NCBI RefSeq assembly: GCF_009914755.1
Contig: NC_060928.1
Source: the human T2T-CHM13v2.0 reference genome, Homo sapiens
Reading direction: 5' to 3' (one strand)
Length of the DNA: 64,000 nt
In this document: one piece after another, positions 55,591 through 64,000 of the stretch
Position numbering within the stretch: position 1 is the first letter of the stretch
Layout: each line of letters opens with the position of its first letter
Position numbers and translations under genes: made by a program
The notes under the pieces: generated by a model
The model's database searches: none
Seen by the model: only the letters and a program-made list of their open reading frames with translations
Told to the model about the DNA's origin: nothing

Positions 55591-57121
55591 GCAGGCTGCC
55601 CAGGGGTCATCCTTGAGCCTCACATGCTACCCTTCAGGACTTTACTGGAAAACTCAGGTCCATTTTGCAACCAATGCTGAGGGGAGGCCCTTGTGACCAC
55701 CGCCTGTTCCTAAAGGCTCTGCAACATCCCAAGCTCTCCCCAGCAGGGCAGATGGTCACGAACAGCAAGGAAAGGTAGACGCCGTACAGTTGTGCTTCCC
55801 ACGACTTATTTACACAGCAACAAAACCAAGGAAACGGTCCGGCCAGAAACCACTTGTGCAAATTCCTTCTGACCACACCAGAGGCCCCCGTGTCCCACCA
55901 CGCATCAGCCATGGCTGGGCTTCCCTCCCAGCCTGTCCTGGCCATTCCCAAACACTGCCCCAGGAGGTGTCCCTCTGCGGTGGACACTTCACGGCAGTTA
56001 CCCGAGTTTTCCAATCTGTCTCTGCAACCAGAATTAATCCATGAGGCTTCACGTCGATGGCCAGTTAGACTGTGCTGTGGGCTTCAAGTGAGAGGGACGC
56101 TTGAGAAATGAGTTATGTTTGCACTGTGTTTTTTCCTTACACTCTACTTTTGGTTCTTGGTTTTTCGTGAAAAAATAAATCATGTCAGTCTGATGTGTTC
56201 ATGTGCAGGGGAGAAGATCCCCAAAAAGCACATGAAAGCAAACAATGAAAGGTGGGTGTTGTGTGTGTCATTTTCAGAGTTAATTTGGAAGTGAAAAAGT
56301 ATCGCTGAAACAAACTAGGCAGGAAAACGGGCACTGACGGGCAGTGAATTCTCTTGCTCGGAATGCGGCTGCTGGCGGCCTGAGGACACACCCAGCGTCA
56401 ACAACCTCTGTCCTCAAGACTCTCCCAGAATCCTGGGTCACCACGGCCTTTCCATGTGCCTCACACCAGAAGGACTCTCGAAGGTGCCCCCAGCCGCCCT
56501 GTGCACCCAATGACTGCCCCTCGATCTGCCCCCTCCCCAGCTGGGGCTCTGTCCTTGACCCCATGGTGAGCTCTTCGCATGCACTGCCTGCCTTTCGGGT
56601 CTCGGTTTCCTCTCCCGTCTCTGGGTCCAGTCCCCTCTGCGTCAGCATCAGAGCACTCCTAACTCGGATTCTGACCCAGGCAAGCCCTGGAAAGCAAGGC
56701 CTGGACAGCGGCCCCAACTCCTCAGCCAGATCACAGGCCCGGGTCTGACCATGCCCGCCGCTCTGGTGCTCCTGAATGGCCGGTGCTCCCCAAAAGCACA
56801 ACGCACGGACCCTCTGAGACACCCTCAGGTGCCAGTTTTGTGGGAGACATTCCCTGACCCACCAAGGCAGACCTCACCTGCATCTGTTGTTTCCAAGGAA
56901 GTGTTCAGGACTGTGGCCCCCCACATGCAGCAGCCCCCCACCGAGGGCACCATGGCCTGGCCCCTGCCAGGTGGCATGGGGTGACCGCATTCCCTCCCCA
57001 CTGTCTCGCAGAAGGAAAACAGGCTCAGAGAGATTAAAGCCTAGCTCAAGGTCACAGCGGGGGGCAGTGCTGACCCAATAGCCTGTGCTCCCACCCTCTG
57101 GGAGCACTGTCTGCACCACGA

Positions 57122-57346
57122 ACCCCACTGCTCACCTCATATGACCCCACTGCCCACCTCACATGACCTCACCATGCACTCCACGTGACCTCACCGCTCC
57201 CCCACGTGACTCCACCGCTCACCTGTGACCTCACTGCTCACCTCACATGACCTCACTGTGCACTCCACGTGACCTCACCACTCACCCCATGTGACCCCAC
57301 TGCTCACACATGACCCTATGTCACCTCTGGCCCACATCCCATGACC
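57122..57346 (+). repeat. Degenerate ~20-22-bp minisatellite rich in CAC(G/A)TGAC and TGACCTCA
   Basis: Units resemble tgacctcactgctcacctcaca; about 10 imperfect copies. Confidence 0.85.
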
Positions 57347-58189
57347 TTGCAGTCCACAAATACACACGTGTCCGAGTAGTGAACACTGCAACTGCTTACT
57401 ATGAATGCATACGAGCCAGCTAAACAACAGGGCCCACTGCAGGAAGCAACAGCACAGGCCCCCAAGGCACAGGGCTGTGACACTCAGCTCAGTGCAAAAA
57501 TGCCTGTGCAAAAATCAGAGGAACTCAACAGAAAACCCAGCCTCCCCTACCCAAGTCAGAATCGAACCCCTGAAGGACCCGCCATTGGCTTGGCAAATCC
57601 TCCACCCTTCCTCACAGGCAAGCGCAACCCCGGAAGGGGCCTGTGTCTCTCCAGTCCTGCAGAGCCTGAGGGCCCCACATCACTTAAACAGCTTTTACCA
57701 AAGATCCACATGACGCAGGCTGCAGTCAGCCCTGAGACCTGGGATCTGTGACCAAATGCCCTTGAGACGATGGGGCTGGCAGAACCCACAAGCTTCCCTG
57801 CGGCGTGAGGGATAATGGCGGTCTCTCTCCCATACCACTTTGAACAAGTGAAAGCCATTTGCCTTTGTTACTCCGGAAAACGTTTTCACTTTGTTGCATC
57901 TTGTAAATATTAGAGCAGTTGCAGAAAAGCAGATGACTTTGGTGTCTTTCCTGATGATGGAGAGACTGTAAAATTGCTTTTGCTTTCAGTCTCAGGGGAA
58001 GGGGAGGGAAGAGCAGAGCGTGATGGGCACATGGAGAAGCTGGCTGTCCCATTTATGTTTTGATTTTATTAATATAAGGAGTGATGGTTTTAGGAAAAAG
58101 GTATTGGTTGGGTTGAAGTTACCACAATGATTAGGTCATTTTCTAGTTCTTTCTGTGGCAACATTTGGGAAGCTTAGAAAGTGACTTGC

Positions 58190-58505
<316 letters not shown>

Positions 58506-61077
58506 TCAGAAATAGGTCATCAAACGTGTCCCCGTTTCCCACTGGCACCCAAAAAGGCAGGCTAAGATCTGCACGGTTAGTTACCGTCAGAAGCTGTAAC
58601 CCAGCGCAGTGACCACGAGAAAGCAAGCAGTGATGCAGACGCTTCCTGATGACGATGCTGACGGTGCGGGCAGGGGAAGGCGCCGGGAAGCCGGACCGGC
58701 CCAGGCTCCACACCGGCTTCGGCCACGGCTGTTGTCCTGTTCTTTGCCGTGTGAACAAGGAAGTAGCCTGTAGGGCTGGAGACGGACAAGGACACACGCT
58801 CGGGGGCTGCTATCACATCCACGGCGTCGGTCCTGATGGCTGGAACGCGTCCTCCATGTGTGCCTGTCCCCTGCATGAGGGAGGCCAGTGCTCCCTCCTC
58901 CCGAGGATCCAGGGGCCTCCCAGAACCCCAGGGAAGCCTCACATTCTGGTCTCCTGAATGCAAAGCCAAGAGCATCCTCCATCTCCAAGTCCCCGCTCTA
59001 TCTGCCCAGTTGAACGTGTGGCACCTCGAGGGCGGTTCCTGTCCAAACTCTGTGGCTGCTGAGCTGAGCACTGATGTGGCGCCAAGTGCTGCACTAAGTG
59101 CTTTACGTGCATGAACTCAGTCCACGGTACAAACACCTTATGAAGGGGGTACCATCCCCGTCCCCGTGCTGCAGATGAGGAAACCGAGGCAGGAAGGCTG
59201 AGGGACTTGGTGTAGGTTCCACGGCCAGCAGGAGGAGGGACCGGGATCAACCCCGGCAGCCTGGCGGGAGCTGACGTCTCTCTCACTCAGGAAGGTGGGC
59301 TACTCTTCCACGTCTCGGGTGTCACGGGAGCAGTCAGTTTCTACCTGGCCCGCCGGGACAGGGCATCGGGACCCCTCTCGGCCCTTCTCTTCTGCACAAA
59401 TAGGTGCTTTGGTGGCAAAGTGAAGACATTCACTAAATACTGCTGAGTGAGGCGATGGCGAGATGGAGGCGTTGCTGCGGCTTTGAGCTGTTCTCTGTGA
59501 TACGCGGCTTTACAGACGGGGGCTGTGGTGGGAGGAAGGCATTTGACAGGGACACGGGTGGCATGGAGGTGGGGGCAGCTCCAGCCCTGCTCTTCTGTCA
59601 AATCGCACCCAGACCACTGGGCAAGAAGCATCCAGGAGCAGTAACGAGAGATCCCGAGCTTTGCGGTCCCACAGGCTTGGGTTTGAATCCTCGCTCCGCC
59701 CCTCCCTGCGCTCAGGCAGCTGGCACCAAGGGAGCCTTCAGGAGTGCCCTGTAGGACACGCAGAGCTCGGCTGGGTGCTTCTGTGTGGGGGCGCAGGGCA
59801 GACCCCCTCACCTGTCCCAGCCGCCTCTCACCTCCATTTCCACAGAGCAGCCAGAGTGGCCTTTTCCCATGAGGAACATTTTTAAAAATATGAATCATCA
59901 AAACAAACAGCACACCCCTTTCCACCAGGCCTCTTGCGCTCACCTCCCGTCATTCACAGCAGGGGAACGAGATGCATGCTCACATCGAGATGAGCTCGGC
60001 ATGGGCTGGGCCCTGCTGCCTCCGCCTCCTGACACACCCGTCCATCGGGGGTCCCCATGGCTGCCCCCGCCTTTCACTGACCTCAATTCAAAGGCCAAGG
60101 CCCCTGCAAGGTGGTCACCAGCCACGCTCCACCTCACCAGCCAGGATCACTGCTTTGCAGAATTCCTGCTGCCCTAAGACTGAGGCCTTGGGATGTTTCT
60201 GTGTCTGCTGGTCTAGACTGTAAAGTCCCATGAGGGCAGGCACAGGTTCTCCATCATGCTGGCCGCCAGCCCCAGAACTGCAGAGTGAGCACATAACGAG
60301 CACGTGCAGAATTAACCCAGGAACGCGAGAGCAGCTGCTCTCCGGAGAGGGATCCCCTGTCAGGATCCAGCGCAGTCTACAGGGAAGCTGCTTTGCTTTC
60401 GATGCTGCCAGCACGGCCAGGCGCCTCATTCCCAGCTCTCGCTCCCACCTCTCTGAGCCACAGACCCCGTGTGGGTGAGGCGGAGCCTACAGCAGCTCCC
60501 ATGACACACCTGCAGGAGGCTGTCCGTGGCCAGCTCTGTGCGGGGCCCTGGGAGGACGCCCCACCCCGACCACCGCACCCACAGGAGATGAGCCTGTGCC
60601 ACAGGGGCCGAGTGAAGGAGGTGCGGGAGGTGCGCCAGGGCGGGAAGGGGCATCTGCTGTTTGGGGAGCCAGCAGGGCCTGGGAGTGGGGAAGACTGACA
60701 GGTGAGGTGGCTGGGAGGGCCCAGGGACAGCAGCAGCCCAGGCACCAGGGCAGGGGGCAGAGGCTGCTTAGTGGACAGAGACCAGGCCAGGTGGCCTCTC
60801 ACGCCCTTTATCCTATGGGAGGGGAAGGCAAGAGGCAAGGTATAAGGTGGCAAGTGGGCATCCTTCAATTCATCTGTGGAGTCAGCGCCTAACTCGGCGT
60901 CAGGCACAAAGAGATAGTCCATGAGCCAGCCCAGGACAAGCTGCATGCGGGGCCTCCCACCACCACTGCTGCCCCGGCTGGAACTGCCAAGGGTCCCCTC
61001 ACCGAGGCACGGTGCGTTTCCTGGTGGGAATGACAGAAAATCAGGAGGCCAGGGGAGCCCTCCACCTGTGTGTTTAC

Positions 61078-61191
61078 CTGCAGAGTCCAAGCAGTCGGCA
61101 ACACTGGAGACCTCAAACTTCTGGTCAAGGATGCCGGGATAGGCGTCCAGAAAGTCCACTGACTTCAGCGGACTGCGGAAGCAAGCTCCAT
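61078..61191 (-). CDS. ACOX3: ACOX3 coding exon (exon 13), 114 nt: (D)[37 protein letters not shown](V)
   Basis: TAG acceptor, GTAAA donor, phase 1-1 compatible with both neighbours. Peptide recognised as ACOX3. Confidence 0.95.
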
Positions 61192-61516
61192 CTAGGACAC
61201 ACATTCCAGTGACTTTGGTGGAAGACGGGAACCCAAACCATTGGGAACCCCAAGCTGGGGGCACCCCAAAGCACAGAGAGTGTCCAGAGGACCCGACGGC
61301 CACAGACCCACAGGCGAGGGTCTGGGTCTCAAGGACCCTCCCCACCCCAGCCTTTGCCCATGCCTTGGGGAGTTGGTCGGCACTATCTAATAACATTTCT
61401 TTCCTTCTGCAAACCTAGGATGCATTCACAGAACAGCTGAATCAGTGAGGCCAGGAGAACCCACCCCTGCCCCAGTTGGGTTCCAGCGCCCCCACCAGTG
61501 TGCAGCAGAGCCTCAC

Positions 61517-61639
61517 CGTGGACCTGGTGTGCCAGGAGACCCAGCAAATAGTTGCTTGTCTGCTGCAGCAGGATGTTGTTGTCACCTTCGTATGTGCAGT
61601 TGGGATCGTTGTCATCTCTAAGGACACCCAACCGGTTCA
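61517..61639 (-). CDS. ACOX3: ACOX3 coding exon (exon 12), 123 nt: (M)[40 protein letters not shown](D)
   Basis: Contains the acyl-CoA oxidase TYEGDN catalytic-Glu motif. AG acceptor at 61641-61640, GTGAG donor from 61516. Upstream exons lie beyond the window end. Confidence 0.96.
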
Positions 61640-61727
61640 CTGCAACAAAGCCACAATAGTACCATCATTTAAGACGCATATTTGAGAAGCAGCCTGTCAC
61701 TATGTGAGAATTTAAAAAGCCTTAAGA

Positions 61728-62262
<535 letters not shown>

Positions 62263-62906
62263 GCCCTGAACTCAGCTTGACCAGACACAAAGAACTGCCA
62301 CCTGTGCTTCATATCCCACCTCCAGCTCCTCACTGCTGTCAGCAAGCCCTGCAGAGCCCCCCCTGGCATGGGGTCGCTGATAGGAGGGAGCCATCTCAGC
62401 GAGCTGATGCCCCCAGGGCTACCCTTCTTCCGTCCATAACTGAATGAACTCTTCTTTTAACACAGGAAATTTCAAGATAACTGTTTTTTGTCTTTCCTAT
62501 CAGTTAGCTGGATGCCTTCACATATGTTGTCAGGCTTGCTTTCCAGACCCTCACACACTTGAGCCTGCCTACTGTGATGGAAAGTGTTCTCTGAATGTGA
62601 GGCTGGGATGGGCCTAGCAGGAAGGGAGTGGAGCTGACTTCTCACACTCACGTACTGTGACTGATGGATCCTGAGAGCATGAAAGGAGTCCTATTGCAGC
62701 CATACTGCCAACACGCTTGTGATTAGCCTTGTGATCACCTAGAACACCTGATTTTCTCCTGACTTACTGTCAAATCATGCCACGAGCTTCCTGCCACGTA
62801 ACAGGTTGGCCACTGAACAAGAGCTGGGAGAGGCCTCAGCAGAAACATTTGCAATTGATTTTCTAAACCTAGATGGAGCCTCGGTCATATTGGTCTCAAT
62901 CCCAGC

Positions 62907-62939
62907 ATATGTATATGTATGTGTATATGTATATGTATG

Positions 62940-62971
<32 letters not shown>
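62907..62971 (+). repeat. (TATATG)n-type microsatellite
   Basis: Read directly from the sequence. Confidence 0.9.
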
Positions 62972-63499
62972 ATTAATCTTGATTCCATCGTCTTTGTTGT
63001 CTGCAGTACTGCAAGATTCAATTTCCTTATTCAACTATTTATAGAATCCCGATGAGTTACAAAGACAAAAACTACTAAGGGCATTGCGCAGAGGACAAAG
63101 CATGCAAATGAGTAACTTGTGTACAGCCATGGCTACCCGCATGTCAGTAAGTGACAAAGACAGATTGTGGTGGGAGTGAGGGGCCACGTTGCTAACAGCC
63201 CATGCTGGAACAGGTGCGAGTTAGAACTGCAGTGGTGGGCGGATGATCGCTGAAAGTGTGTGTGTAGTTCTAGATAGAGCATCACAAAAACTCTCACAAA
63301 CTTGGCAAGGACCAAGTGCTCCTGGAGGGCAAGAGAGTTTTGCTGATGCTGTGGCTGTTTTGAGTGTGTACATGGCCTTCTTTGAGCAACCAGTTTTTGC
63401 CAGTTAATTATTTAAGATTAGCACACGGGAAGTTTTGCAGGTAAGCTGTAAATAATGCTGATGATAATTCTAATAATAACAGCATTAGCAAATAAAAAA

Positions 63500-63730
63500 G
63501 TCATTGGGCACGCACTACATGCCAGATACCATGCTTACACTTCATACGTGGTAATTCACTTAATTCTGGCAAGAACCTATGTTGTGGGTACACTATTATC
63601 ACCCCCACTTTAAAAATAAGAAAACTGAGCACAGTGAGGTTAAGCAACCTGCCCACAGTTACCAGGCTGTTAGATGGAGCCAGGACTCAATCCCAGGCAA
63701 GCTGGTGGCCTCCGCTCTTAACCATATAAC
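63500..63730 (-). mobile_element. MIR
   Basis: cactacatgccagatacc..attatcaccccca..gaaaactgagcacag..ggttaagcaacctgccca. Similar MIR remnants lie near 1470, 5450, 6545, 16030, 23580 and 59100. Confidence 0.8.
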
Positions 63731-63932
63731 AGCTGCCTCAGTCATCATCAATGCCGATATAACTAACTCTTTATCTAAGTGTAAGAATTTTCTATTCAAA
63801 CAAAACATGGTGCTAGTTTACTACCAAGCTGTTAACCAAATAGTTAAAATTCAAATGAGCAGATCAGCTGCTCTCTGCCTATATTTTGGCCAAGAAGCAT
63901 CAGGCATCTGAAAGCAGTGGGATCTATCTAGG

Positions 63933-64000
63933 GCAGGGGTTGGCAAACTTGTTCTGCAATGGACCAGAGAGTAAATATTTTCAGCTCTGTAAGCCACATG
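63933..64000 (+). mobile_element. MER58 5' end (truncated by the window)
   Basis: caggggttggcaaactt..ccagagagtaaatattttcagct. Confidence 0.75.

Noticed and set aside
60377-61396. 339-aa ORF
   Set aside because: Only the 114-nt exon 13 portion is ACOX3-like; the rest is GC-rich intron open by chance.

Overview
Human (primate) genomic DNA, GC-rich and repeat-dense. The right ~26 kb carries the last seven coding exons of ACOX3 (peroxisomal pristanoyl-CoA oxidase) on the minus strand. All have GT-AG boundaries and compatible phases, and the CDS ends in the PTS1 signal SKL-stop at 38856. From established knowledge this places the window on chr4p16.1, 3' of ACOX3. The left ~38 kb has no supportable protein-coding exon; its ORFs are GC-rich or repeat artefacts. 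That part holds Alus (one a young AluYg6), L1, MaLR/ERV LTRs, DNA-transposon relics and a full-length MER41A-type provirus nested inside a MER4-type LTR. It also holds an isolated alpha-satellite island with 172-bp monomers, a short interstitial telomeric array and several minisatellites. I found no convincing new gene system. The best second-look items are the alpha-satellite island, three pairs of ~125-bp non-TE-looking local duplications, a skippable exon-16 module that would remove the PTS1, and an intronic minisatellite built of E-box and nuclear-receptor half-sites. Repeat subfamily names come from recalled consensus sequences, not a database search. Exon numbers assume the standard 18-exon ACOX3 model.
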